DNA of 62,920 nucleotides, filler included, from Licmophora abbreviata (Eukaryota): NCBI GenBank assembly GCA_900291995.1. It is 13 parts of 13 records of this genome, joined end to end, with 100 filler letters (N's around TTAATTAATTAA, not from the genome) between each part and the next. Parts side by side here need not be neighbours in the genome. Positions count along the whole stretch, not along the records: positions 1 to 13,990 come from OLMU01002641.1; 12 more parts are not named here. One strand, 5' to 3'. Shown piece by piece: positions 1 to 12,364 of this stretch (position 1 is its first letter; each line of letters starts with the position of its first letter). The notes under the pieces were generated by a model. It saw only the letters and a program-made list of their open reading frames with translations, ran no database searches and was not told where the DNA came from. The position numbers and the translations under genes were made by a program.

Positions 1-78
1 TAAACACATCAACAGTTTGTTCGTTGTGGCGTGAGACTCGTTCCGCTGCACCGTGTCAAGTTCGCTGAAGAAGAGACG

Positions 79-1462
79 ATGAGTGCGTCGAACCCAGCCG
101 CATTAATGAGATCTCCCGGTACGGCGTTCCTTAATGTCCAACAATGGTTACTGTCCGAGGGCCGAAACTATCGGAATATGGGTGACATGCTGCTGAACTG
201 CGCGTTGGAATTCCGAAGCAACGGCATTCCTCTTGATCGCCTGTTAGTCGGAACGACCCTGATTCATCCTCAACTAAGTGCGTGGGTCTGGAAGTGGGAG
301 TCAGCAAGCCCAGAAGATGTGACGGAAGTGCCAGTCAGAAAGTCGATCTATGATCGGCGGCTCGAACTTGCAGGCGCGGACGCGCCACTGAATCAGCTTG
401 AAAACAGCAAGGAAGTGTTGCGCATCCGGGCTTCGGATGAAGTCATTCCCCAGAGCATCGTAGACTTGTTTCGCGAGCAGTCTTATGTAGACATGTACGG
501 TCGAAGAATCACCATGTACGAAAAGTTCGGCGGGGGCCTCACGTATGCTACGAAACACCCAGACGGGTTTACTACAGAACACATTGCTCTCTTTGAGAAC
601 ATTCATTCTGCACTTTCTTGTATCGTTCAGTTGCATTTGAAAGACTTGTGCATGCACTCGTTGTTATGCACCTATCTGGGCAACGGCCCGGGTGATCGAG
701 TGCACAGCGGTTCTATCCAGCGAGGAGACGGAAGAACGGTACGCTCAGTTGTGTGGTTCTCAGATATTCGTGGCTTCACCAAAATGTCCGCAATACTCCC
801 TCGAGACACGTTGATCGCACTCATCAATGATGTCTTTGAAGAGACTGAAAAGGCCCTGACAAGTAACGGAGGGGAAGTTCTCAAGTTCATGGGCGATGGA
901 CTCATGGGTGTCTTTACGGCAGCCGACGAGGAGTTTCATTCAGTGGGGAGAGCAAAGCTGCAAGCCGAGAGGCAGTCAAGTGTAGGACCTGATGGGATCA
1001 AGGCAGGTCTATGTCGAAGTGCAAGGAAGGCAGCTGCAGAACTCCAGACTGCGTTGGGAGAGTTGCGTAAAGAGCGGTCTGAGAAAGGCGTTGCAGGCTC
1101 GGATGTGCGCGTTGGAGTCGGTCTCCACTACGGCGACGTAAGATGGCATATACATCCCCCCTCATTGTGGACTCAAATGACCAACAGCTCACTCCCTTCT
1201 TACATTGCAATAACACTCTACACAGGTATCGTATGGTAATATCGGGGCACCGAATCGCCTTGACTTTACAGTCATTGGGCCGTCTGTGAACCTTGCCTCG
1301 CGCGTCGAAAGTCTTTGCGGCAAACTAGGAGTGTCGGTGCTCGCGACTGACGACTTTGTGATACGAGATGAAGATCCAGATGCATGGGAAAGTCGTGGAA
1401 AGCATGAGGTGAAGGGCGTTGCCGAACCTGTGGAAGTCTTTGAACTGTCCTCCCTCTTTTAA
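79..1462 (+). CDS. Soluble class III adenylyl cyclase with GAF-like N-terminal region; exons 79-1137 and 1226-1462
   Basis: Motifs VWFSDIRGFT and EVLKFMGDG. After removing the GTAAGA..CACAG intron (1138-1225) the frame reads GLHYGD|VSYGNIGAPNRLDFTVIGPSVNLASRVES. The Lys/Asp specificity residues indicate ATP as substrate. Stop TAA at 1460-1462. Confidence 0.9.
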
Positions 1463-1616
1463 GAAATCCGACAAAACGGAATCGGACGATTAGGACGAAT
1501 ATCTTGGAGAAGATGTCTCTTGTTATCAAGTAATAGAAAGCTGAAAGGCATAGATAACGTCCAGAATAATAACTAACATAGCTTAATGAGAATCGCACGG
1601 GGTTGTCGACGAAGGG

Positions 1617-4600
1617 CTACTTCCTCTGAACAACGCTGACTTTTCCAGAACTGCAGTCGATTCGGATGATGTCTCCGTCCTACAAAGGGCAGCGAGGAAA
1701 GCAGAGTAAGAAAACATGCATCGATGGCGTCTCAAGACAGATGATCCCGCAGTGGCCCTTCGACACGTACCTGGAACTTCCTTGTCGCCGCCTGCGATCC
1801 TACCACTGCAGGGATGCCGTACTCACGGGCAACGATGGCAGCATGCGAGAGCATTCCGCCATAGTCGGTGCAAATTCCAGCACTGAGACCGATAACAACA
1901 TTGAAACTGGCACTGCAGCTGAATGTGACAATTATGTCTCCTTTCTTGACCTTCTGAAGATCACTCTCGCTCAAGACAAGGCAGCAGGGGCCATCAACAA
2001 TACCAGCCGATGCAGCGCGGCCCTTGACAGCATTCGGGTTGTTCTCAATGTCCTCGTCGTCGTCCCCCTCCGCACCTTCTTCCCATACGCCTCGAAGGAG
2101 ACCCGTATGGATGGCTCCCATCGATCGGCGGATGCTAGGTGGGAGAGTCATTGGATCAGGTGGAGGCGGGGGCGTTCCAAGCGCCCGTGGGATGAGATTC
2201 GGGTCTGCTGTCTGAATGTAGTTGTAACGGCGTTCCAGCTCGAGCGGTGTGGGAATGTCCACTGGGCCAAGGGGCATTGCATCCCCGCTCAGTAAGCTGA
2301 GATCGCCTCGGAGAAGAGCAATTGCCTCCCTCTTTGTAGTCACACAAAGATGGTTTGGCTTCATTATCACTCCCTGATCGGTCAAGCGGCGACCGGCCTC
2401 CAGAATGCCACGGCGACACAAGCCGATCCCAGTAAGGTCCGTGCAGAGACCACGTTCGTCACGCATGCGAAAAAATCGGCGACCAATGTCAAGAACAGTC
2501 TCGAATTCTTCATGCTTCTCTTCAGGCAAGGCACTCTTCCACTCATCAGCCAGCTTCCGAACCTTCGCCTCTGCCATACGACTTCTGTTGGGGTCTTCGG
2601 TGATACCGGTGTTGAGCGTCTTGAGAAAGAAAGCCGGGCTTTCGATCACTGCCGCCGTCGTTAGGTCGTATGATCCTGCTAGGCGCCAGCCATACTTGAC
2701 CATGACTCGTTTCATCACGTCACCAAGTTCGCCTGGCATGTGAAGTAGACAGTCAACTGCCCAGTTGGCTTTACTCTCATCGGTCGCCAGTAATTTCATC
2801 GCATCATTGGATTCGCCGAGCAGCTCATACATCTCGGCGAGAAGAGGATCCTCGCGATTGAGAAGGCCTCTCGACTCAGGCGATGCGCTTTCCAGTAGAG
2901 ACAATGTTTCCATCTCTTCTTTTCCGGTTAGCGCTGCCATGCGGTTCATATAGTCGCCAACAATCACGAACGTGGGGAACGTGTAGGTATGGTGACGCGA
3001 CCAAAATTCTCTTGCCAGATCAAAGCACCGGGCCACATGCTCAACGAGCTGTCGATGGCTCAGAGACGCGGGGTTTACCTTCTGAAGCTCTTCGTGGAGA
3101 GCTTCACACTCGGGGACAAAGAAATCTCGAAACTCTCGATAGTCATCTTCATACAGCTTTTTCGTCCAGTAGGCTTCTGCGGAACGCTCCAGCTCGGGGG
3201 ACGGAGGAACAAAGATGGGCTGAGTGTAGGCAAAGCCGTGAACAAACCGCATGCTGATGTCCTTGAACAAGACACCGGCGCGGCGTCCATTCGTGCTGCC
3301 GTACTTGAAGCTGTAACACTCTTGCATCCACGGTGTAAACGGTCGAGGAAAGTGAGTCGGGTCAAATGTCCAGAATCCTTCGCCGGGCGGCAAGAATGAA
3401 AGAGATCCCGTGCTTGCGAGCGTCGTGATCGGACGAGACTGTAGAACTTTCAGGTCACCATTGGTGTCGATTGCCCACTCGATATCTTGGGGGCGATTGT
3501 AGAAGTCTTCGATTGCTCGAGCTAGCAAAGTGATGTCCTGGACCAATTAAAGTGGCTTCAATCAGATATACAGCAAATTGTAGTGGCTGATCAAACCAGC
3601 AGATAAAAACTCACCTTAAGGTTCCGTTGACTCAGAACTGGGCCTTCGATGGACTCATCAAGACCTACTTTTACAACACCGTCCTTGTTGTTAGCACGGA
3701 CGAACTTGTGAGTCGGCTTTGTGAGATCTTGGTAGCAGAGCTTGGTGCTATACTTGTCGACAACGTATCGATCTGGCGTTATCTCGCCACTGACCATTCC
3801 CTCACCCTGTCCAAGTACGGCCTCAATCATGGTTTCACTTTTCGCTCCCCAGATATTCTAAAAACCGAAAGCGCACCGGGCGACGAAAAGACAATAAGAA
3901 CAGAAGATCAAACGTGTTCGCAATGTTGTGTTCGACCCAATATGTTTCTCTGCTTACCTGAGAAAAGCAAACTCCAGACGCTTTGGCCTCCACCATTTTC
4001 ATAATGAGTACTCCCATCTGAGGAGCCTTCATGGAGCCAACGCGATAGACGTCAGGCTCCGTACTGTCGCCCACTGGAACATCCAGGAAGCTATCTTTCG
4101 ACGCATACTCTAGAATGTGACTCTTGAACATGGACGCCCAGCACGCCTTGACGGAATCGACCACTTCATCAAGCGTCTTCTTGTACAAGAACGTATCGTA
4201 CTGACCCGCAAACGACTGGGAGGCGAGATCCTCCGCACTGCCGCTGGAACGGACCGCCACCTCCGCACCGCTTCCTAGCTCACTGAGAAACGTGTCGAGA
4301 TTGAGGATGACTTCCGGGTTGAGGGGAGTCGCGATGATTTTCTCGCGAATCGTGGCGAGTTTTGCTTTCGTGGCCTCCCGGATGGCCTCATCGCGAAGAT
4401 CACTCGAGAAGACTTCATTGACTAGGTCCGCCACACCCGCGTCAAGGATGTGCATGGAATACACGTATGTGGGGATAACGAATGCGGCGGGGACGGGGAG
4501 CCCGTGACGCATCATGCGCCAGCACTGAAGTGCCTTTCCTCCAACGAGAGCCAGTGTGGCGTTTTCGTAGCTGGCGAGTGTGGATCCTAGGGAGGGATCG

Positions 4601-4734
4601 AATTTTGATCGATCGAGTTCGGCTTGAAACTCAACCAGTTCCTTGCGGGACACCATGGACATGCGCGATGATCCGGGGGGAAGGTTCCAGGAGCCGCGTG
4701 TCATGTAGGCGGAGACTCTGCGCCCGGATGACAT
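1617..4734 (-). CDS. PEP-synthase-superfamily dikinase with rifampin-phosphotransferase/PigC-like domain order (ATP-grasp, substrate domain, C-terminal phospho-His swivel); exons 4734-3958, 3857-3615, 3537-1771, 1679-1617
   Basis: ATP-grasp motifs VGGKA, VAVRSSGSAED, SFAGQYDTFL, GQGEGMVSG, PQDIEWA and LQSRPIT. C-terminal swivel motif TDYGGMLSHAAIVAREYGIPAVVG. Three GT-AG introns join the ORFs in frame, ending DGDIIRIDCSSGKVSVVQRK*. Confidence 0.88.
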
Positions 4735-5403
4735 GGTAGACGGTGATGCTGATGCTGAGGTTTGAAACGGCGGTAGGAGACGACGCAGGCTTGAAGAAAG
4801 AATGAGTCAATGAAAAGAAGGTCAGCAATCCGGTGATTATGTAAACGTTGCTAGCACTTGTCGGCAGCCTTGTCCCTCTCTTACTTACTCCACGTGTTTG
4901 GTTGACTGATGATTGAGGTAAGTTCAGAATACAAAGGTTGAAAGGGACGTGTGAGAAAGATTCAAAAGATCCACCGCAGCGCTGTCTGCTTGGATCCGCG
5001 ATCAGAACTTGTGGTCATTTAAGGGCTTAAATCCTGAATACCGCATGGACTTTGAGACAGAACACTGAGTGTTTGATATCATACCACGAGCTCGTATGAA
5101 ACAAAAGTATCAGTGTATATATGATACTACTTGGATACGTGGCAGAAGGTGCTTCTCTATCGCGCTTCCATGCGGGCTTACTTCGTTGCTGCTGGCCAAT
5201 CATTGATGCTGTCTCTCTCTCGTCGTCTCGTCCGTGTCGTGATGGCGGGTTGCGGCACCTCACAACGCGAACTGTGCTGAAGCAAGACTGACACACAGCC
5301 AATGGCCCAGTCGCTCTCACAAAACGACGGAATGATTATCCGACATACACAAACACGTGACCAGATAGACAACCATTAATTTAACGTACAGGAGAATTCC
5401 CTC

Positions 5404-7018
5404 ATGAGCAGCGCCGTGGAACGACACGAGGCCTCAGCGGCGACGTTGCTGCAGAAACGACATGATCGTCATCGCACCCTGCTTGTGCTCGTGACAGCCA
5501 TTGTCACTGTCTTCTTTACGGGTGCTCCTTTTGGATGGGGTCCCATGCAGCTCATGCTCGAAGACAACGAGGCCTTCCAGGATCTCTGCAAAGAGGGTGA
5601 AGAGACTCCCTGTCCCGATCAAACATCGCGTCTCTTGAACATTCAGCTTGTGGCGCAGTTGACACTCATCTTTGCTCCACTGGCAGGCTTCGTTGGCGAC
5701 AAGTACGGGGCATTCAAGCTCATGAGCGTCGCCGCGGCCTGCTCTGCTTCTGGAATGGCATGTTTGACACTCGCATCAGGAAGGAACATTGATAATTTAC
5801 TGTGGGCGGCCTTTTTCTTGATTGGATTGACCTCCGTCACCTCCCACATTGTCATGATGCAAGCGGGGACTCTGTTTGAAGGTGTCGTGCGACAACGAGT
5901 GATTTCTGTCTTGAATGGACTCTTTGATACCGGTGCGCTCGTGTATTTGGGTCTTTGGGCCATTCAGAATGCTACTGGAGTGGCGCTCGGGACCATTGCT
6001 GCCGTGTATCTTGGATGTTCCGTGGTTGTCTTTGGCACGGCTCTCTGTCTCTGGTACGTCGTCGTACCAGTTCGGAACGTCAAAGTATTGTCGATACAGG
6101 AAAGCGTGGAGCAGCAGCAGCAGCAGCAGCATAACGTAACCGAAAGCATGGATAAGAGCAGCGCAGAAACTGGTGACGAACATGCGTCGAATGACGAGCA
6201 AGACTGCGACGACCAGATACAGCATCAGTCTGAAGAGCCTCTACCAGAAACGATGGAAGAGCCCCCAGCAGGCACCGCGACCGTTGCTTCTGCACTGTAC
6301 GACTCTGCTCCAGAGGCCCCCGTCGGCCACTCTGATGACTACGTTGCGATATCGAAGCGAAGGTCTGCAGACCAGTTGCGATCGAAGCAGTTTGTCCTGC
6401 TTGTAGTCTTCTTCTCCTTTCTTGGGTCCAGCAATATCTTCACGCTCACGTCGGCAAGAGCCTTTTTAGGCTACCATGGCGACGACGAGTATGGAAATAG
6501 GTACCTGACAATCTTCACTTTAATGACCCCTGTGTCGCTTCTGGCGCTCCCATTCCTGGACGTGGTTCTCAATCGCTATGGCTACCACGCTGGCCTCCAA
6601 TCCATCAATGCGCTCGCGCTGCTCCATGGAATCATCAAGTGCGCCACCGGCAACTTGAATGTACAAGTTTTTTGGATTCATTGTCTTTTCCTTTTTCCGC
6701 TCCTTCATGTTTAGCATCAGCTTCTCGTTCTTGCCTACGTTTGTGAGTACCAAGGTCGTGGGGAAAGGATCTGGCCTCATGGTGTTGTCGCAAGGAGTCA
6801 TGTCGTTCATCAACATCCCGCTAGCGACATTGGCTGTCAAACAATTTGACGGAGACTTCTTTTGGCCCAACCTGTTTTACACGATTGGTGTTATACCGTG
6901 CGTCTATATCGCCTATCTCATGGGAAAAGGTATCGAACGGGAAGAGGTTGCCAGCAAGAGATTGACACTCGTCTCGAGTGACGACGACGCGACGGGGGCA
7001 ACCGATGGTGGCGCATGA
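5404..7018 (+). CDS. MFS transporter, SLC43/LAT3-FMP42-like; apparent +1 frameshift in a T6 run at about 6668-6673
   Basis: Many hydrophobic helices, a GAPFGWGP motif, an MFS loop motif GFVGDKYG and an acidic central loop. Removing one T gives the continuous reading NLNVQVFGFIVFSFFRSFMFS. Confidence 0.8.
6112..6129 (+). repeat. (CAG)6 microsatellite encoding polyQ in the MFS central loop
   Basis: cagcagcagcagcagcag seen directly. Confidence 0.85.
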
Positions 7019-7291
7019 AATCGCGTTCTCTGGTGGTGTTCAATCCGCAAAGGACTGACTTTTTTTAACAACCTGTTCTTCCAACTACTGTGTACGAAGA
7101 CCTCCGACTCCCACATGGTGTGCGATTGTTTGGTCGAAAAGCTAAACTTGCAAAAGCCTACACTCTAGAGCTACTAGAGAGCCATAAAAATACTAGTGTT
7201 GCATCATCATATCTATCGATTAATCTCAGTGTGAGTAGGAATAGCAGACCATCACAAGGAAGGCAGAGTGTGTTTGGCATGTGGATCATTC

Positions 7292-8837
7292 TCATCGCAA
7301 GAAATTTCTTGGATCATCTTGCGGTCCCAGCCCAGGCGGGTAGGGTCCCTCCACTACGGGTACCGTTGCCCGTTCACCGAAGCGTTCTTGTCCCACAAAG
7401 ACACCCGAAGTACAACACTTTTTCGTAAATCCAAAGTCGCAACACACTTCGGGACGTTGACAGTCAAAGTTCGATTCGCACGTGTCCTCAAACACGTTGC
7501 CCAATAGCTTTTCAAAGACGTTCGGTTCCTGCGGCTGCTGCTGTTGTCGTTGCTTGGTCGAGTCCGAGAGGCGCCGCTTCTGTTGGACTTCCATTTGTTG
7601 GACTTGCGCTTGAAGTTCGGCGAACTCTTCCGGAGTCAACGGGTCGAGACCGAACTTTTTGCGGGACTTGTTCTTGTTTTCGAATGCCTCCCAATCGAGT
7701 TCTGGATACTGGGACGGATCATTGCTTTCTGCCATGGCCGAAGACGAGGAGAACAAGGACGTCGACTTGCTCGGAAGCAAAAACTGCAACGGATTCGACG
7801 ACTGAAACTTGACAATGCCATTTTCGCCAAATGATCCTCCACCACTCCTACCATCGACACTAAAGACAGGAATGGAGCAGTCGGGACTGTCCGCCTGTTT
7901 CTGGAGCGCATGAATGATGCCTCGTTCCGGTGCAATGAGGTTGTCGTTAATCATGAGATGTTCGACACGATGCTGGACAATCTTTCCATCGGAAGGATCG
8001 ACTTTGTATACGCTAATGCCATCGACATGGAGAGTCGTTTTGCTACCTCCAAAGATGGCCTTGGGAACGACTTCGGCGTTCCACGACACACGAATGTCGT
8101 TCCGGGCCCAATCGTAGACCAAGCGAAAGGTCAGGAGGGATCGTTCAGGACAATAGAATAGATTGACAATGGTATGCACTAGACGAAATGCATTCTTGTA
8201 ATTGGTCAAGCCATGCAGCTTGACTCCCGCTGGATCGATGATCTCGAGGTTTGGGCTGTAAATGGCGAAATCTAAAGAAACAAAATTTGAGTGTCAATAA
8301 GCGCGCATGTCATCACACAGTTCAAATACACTATTATGACTTTGACTCTCGTCGTGACTCGCGTTTCCCCTTACCTGGAGCATCGGTGAGAATGTCTGGA
8401 TAGTCCTGCTTGAGCGTATCGACGGCACGTCCCAGGTTCATCTCGAACTCATGCCGATCCTCCGTCACTCCACAGGACGACGGTGTCTGCTGCTGTCGTG
8501 GTATCTTGCTGCTGCTGGTCGTGGTAGAAGATCTGGATGCTGGAACAAATTCAAAGAGCCCCGTCTGTGACTCTTTGGACGACGAAGAGACCTTCATGAC
8601 CACGAGACTGCGTCGGATCGGAGAATGGTTCGTAGTCAGCATGAGTGCCGTGTTGGCGGCGGGAAGCGAACCTAGTAAGACCGCCAGAATAAAGGCTTTT
8701 TGGAAGAAAAATTGTCCTCGTCTTCTTCTTCTTCGTCCTGGAGTACTATGAGGACTCAATGACATGATGGATACTTGCGGGAAACACGGAAAGCTCTTTT
8801 TCTTTGGTGCTGTTGGGACGAGCAGTGTTGTTGCCAT
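7292..8837 (-). CDS. DUF2358/SnoaL-like protein with Cys-rich C-terminal module, probably plastid-targeted; exons 8837-8375 and 8271-7292; start uncertain
   Basis: NLGRAVDTLKQDYP...DFAIYSPNLEIIDPAGVKLHG...YDWARNDIRVSWN...DGISVY...IVQHRVE. Contains CESNFDCQRPEVCCDFGFTKKCC. Hydrophobic signal followed by a Ser/Thr-rich transit-like region. Confidence 0.7.
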
Positions 8838-9216
8838 GGTGTTGCTGTTTGTGAACGGGAGCGAGGAACTGTAACAGTGAGAACAACAAAGCAGCTGATG
8901 TGTGACGTGACGGTGTCGTTCGAAGAAGATGAGCTGGTAGACTTTGTAAGACTTTGGCATGGACTTTCTGAAGATGACGTAGTCACGGAGCGTACTTATG
9001 ATACCGGACTGACGTGGTGCGAGTTGATATCCAGTCTGTCAATCGCCAGTATCAAACTCTAGAACTTTCGAAATTCGAAACACAGCAGCGTCACGCACAC
9101 AGCGGCCCTCTCATCGGCGACCATGTCATCGTCCCTATCATCAGTTCTACTTGAAGTCGCACCCTCTTGACTTTGTAGTTGACTGAGACTGATTCTACAG
9201 TGCAAGAAACAAAATA

Positions 9217-10843
9217 ATGAGGAATTGGCCGAGAATAGGGCGGAGAACGACAACATGGATGACAATAATAGTACTAGTTTTGCTGCAGGCGCAGATGATG
9301 ACGACCACGACAGCGTTTGTTCTTGTGCCCGACCGACTTTCTTCTCATTGTCGTTGTCTTCATCATACACGACCGCGTGTCTCTTGCTTGCATGCGTCCA
9401 ATAAGCCACAACGGCGAACTAACAGCAAACGACGAAGACAAATGAGGTACTCCTCGTCTTCGAAATCAAAACCAAAGGATACGTTTGCTTTGGATGATAG
9501 CACCTCCCAACGAAGGCAGTCCTCCCCTCCAAAACCACCACCATTGGAAAACAAAAATAAAAACAAAAACAACAAGAAACGAACTCTAGATCCATCATCA
9601 ACATCGCCGTCGGAACCGATACAAACAATTGGAGGTGGCCCGGCCCTTATCTTTGAAATGGCCCGTCGCATGAGTATCTGGAACGATGTTGCTGTTGTTT
9701 CAAGTGGTGACGAGGATCAGCCGACTTCGACTACTACCACGAGGACTAGCACTTCTACTGCTGCACTATCTTCTTCTTCATCTTCTTCTGTTTTACCCCG
9801 CTGGCATCCCATGCCCGGCATTAGCGATGTCAATCCCAACTTTCGCACCAACTCTCCCGTCATGAACAATCAGGGCTATGCGAGTAGCATTTGGAGAAAT
9901 GTACGGAAATTCAATAAACCCAGTCTATGGCGACATGCATTGCGAACCTATCAACGAATGAAAGTAGTGGAACAAGAAGACGATACTAAAAATCAGTCTC
10001 CGTCGTCGTCATCGCCATTAAAGATTCAACGATCCAATGTACACTTTGAAGGAGCCTTGCTGGCATGCAGTAAACTGGGATTGTGGCAAGAAGCCTTGGA
10101 GATTTATCGTACAGTGGAGGAGCGTGCGACGACCAACCAAACCATGTTGATGGAGCGAGAACAGGATGTGGCGGCTCGAAGGGGGACTGTCGCTCGTCGA
10201 CACGAGATTTGTGTAACGGAACATATGGTGTTGAGTGTCATATCGGCATGTGTCCGTGGATCGAGGCGACTGGTCCAGGAGGACGCTGCTGCGACCAGTG
10301 AGGAACGACGGGTGCCGCTGGATCCGATTGTGAATATCCTATCGACGTTGGAGGTGAGTTTGTTTTATTCGGTATACTGCAGGGTTCCTCACCTCGCGAC
10401 GACGCTAGCCTCAACACTCGTCATGCCTTGTTCCTTCTCCATAGGACCGTCACGGCATTCCATTGGAGGCGCGTCACCTTAATCCACTCGCAGCCGCATA
10501 TCAATCATCAGGCCACTTGTCAGATGCATCCAGGCTATTGCAGAATCATTTGTCAAATCGAAAGAGTCGACCTGAATCCGAACATGGAGACGATCCGTTC
10601 AATGTCAATGATGTCGGCGCCAAGGACAAAGCGTCATACGCACTATTGGTCAAGGGTGCGGTATCAACAGGAGACTGGTCCGATGCTGTGAATGCTTTGC
10701 AAAATATGACCGAAGCAGGATTGTATCCCAAAGCGCGTCATTTGAATGCATGGACTGAAGTGTCGGAACGAAAGACTAAGCGACGGACTGCGCGAAGTTG
10801 GAAGAAGAAACGAGATGAGTATTGGTTGGAGAGTGTGAGATGA
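9217..10843 (+). CDS. Organelle-targeted (probably plastid) PPR-like helical repeat protein; intron 10354-10444
   Basis: Signal peptide ending TTTAFV. PPR-like units FEGALLACSKLGLWQEALEIY and SYALLVKGAVSTGDWSDAVNALQNMTEAGLYP. The GTGAGT..CATAG intron restores the frame. Confidence 0.75.
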
Positions 10844-11169
10844 CAGGGAAGCATCAAGTTTTTAAGTTGCTGTACATAAGAAATGGTGTGTGATGGTCAA
10901 GGACACTTGGGAAATAGACGAAAAGCCTGATGTACGAGTAAACGTATCATAGCAAAACTGCATGATTGGTATCGTGACTGGTGATGTTTCATTCCCGTAT
11001 GTGTACCAGGACTGAATCGCATCCGTGACTAACACGATCGGAACGTTGAGAATTTTAGGATTTGAATCCGACTTCATCTCTCACGAGACGCGATAGGATC
11101 GAGGATGCACGTGCACACGGCACACATCAAACCATCATCACTGTCGTGCCAGAGGTTCAAGCTGTGCTG

Positions 11170-12364
11170 ATGACCATGGACTCCTCAAGCAGTAATCTTT
11201 CGACGGTTGTTGCCCGCGTCCCTCCCAGCGCGTTGCCCGTTATTGCGGGATGTGCAGCTTTCGGATCAACACTTGCTGTCTCAACGCTAGCACAGCTGAA
11301 ACTCTTGGGCGTCTCGACCGGCTCGACGCGACCCATGCCCACCGTCCTGGGCTTTGTCACCGTTGCATTGGCATCGATTGCTAGTCACGGCGCGTCTGTA
11401 AAGACCTATGAGATTGCAAAGGAGAGATTTCCCAGACTGGGAAGCAACGCGATCAGGCTTCCTGCGCTCCCGGTTCAATACACTTCTTCGTTGGCGAAGA
11501 GCCGCGGCTCATCGCATCGTCCCCACCTCCACTCCGATACTATGAATAGTGGGGCGTCGAATCCCCACTATCGTGAGAATCGTGACTCCGTTTCAATTGG
11601 GTCTCTTCAAATTGAAAAGCAGACGATACGAATGTAAGGGCATAGCGAAAAACCGGTGACACGTGTCGTCGATCGCTCTACATGTACTCACCGTCTCTCA
11701 CTATCGTGCGTCTACTTGCTTTCACTACAGCTGTGTCTTGGGATTGATTGCCTTCAAACTATTGGGGGGACGCTTTTGGGCTATCTCTCCCTCTTCCTAC
11801 ACGAACCTAGGTTCTTTTGCTCGTTTCAGCATTCCTGCCACAGAACGTTACGCGACTCCTGCCGAACGATCGACACTGGAACGCCTAGGCCGCCGCGTCG
11901 GATGTCACACGTGCGGTTCGAAAATGCGCTTTCGGAAGGGGATTGCTTTCCATGGAGATCATATGCCACCCAAGGCGGTAGCGCAGCAAATGAACAATCG
12001 ATGGTTTCGCAAATTGTTTGGCATTCGAGTCCAGTATCGCTTCTTTCCACAGTGTATTGATTGTAGTGCGATACAGGGAAGCATTCTGGCCAGTGCGACG
12101 AATCAACTCAAGTCGTCCAAGTGGTGGTCACAAACTCCCAATCTGGCGGGCGCTGGGGGTGGGAAGCTAGCACACAATCATGGTGCTCGGTTTCGACCCT
12201 ATCATTTGTCAGGCGGTGTCGTGGCAGCTGTCACGGTGGCAAATACCCCCGACAAGGACATTCACGAGGGAAACCCAAAGCGATATCGTCAGCTGCACGA
12301 ACAAGCCGAAGAGATGGCTTTGGTGGCCTGGGCACAAATACAAAGCTACATTGCTAAATTCTAA
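11170..12364 (+). CDS. Uncharacterised protein with hydrophobic N-terminal segments and an HNH/Zn-finger-like domain; intron 11634-11730
   Basis: GTAAGG..CTACAG intron joins the two ORFs. Motif GCHTCG...FHGDHMPPK...FFPQCIDCSAIQG. Confidence 0.7.

Noticed and set aside
1617..4734. Annotation as PPDK, PEP synthase or glucan water dikinase
   Set aside because: There is no C-terminal pyruvate-binding barrel, and the His domain is terminal rather than central or ahead of the ATP domain.
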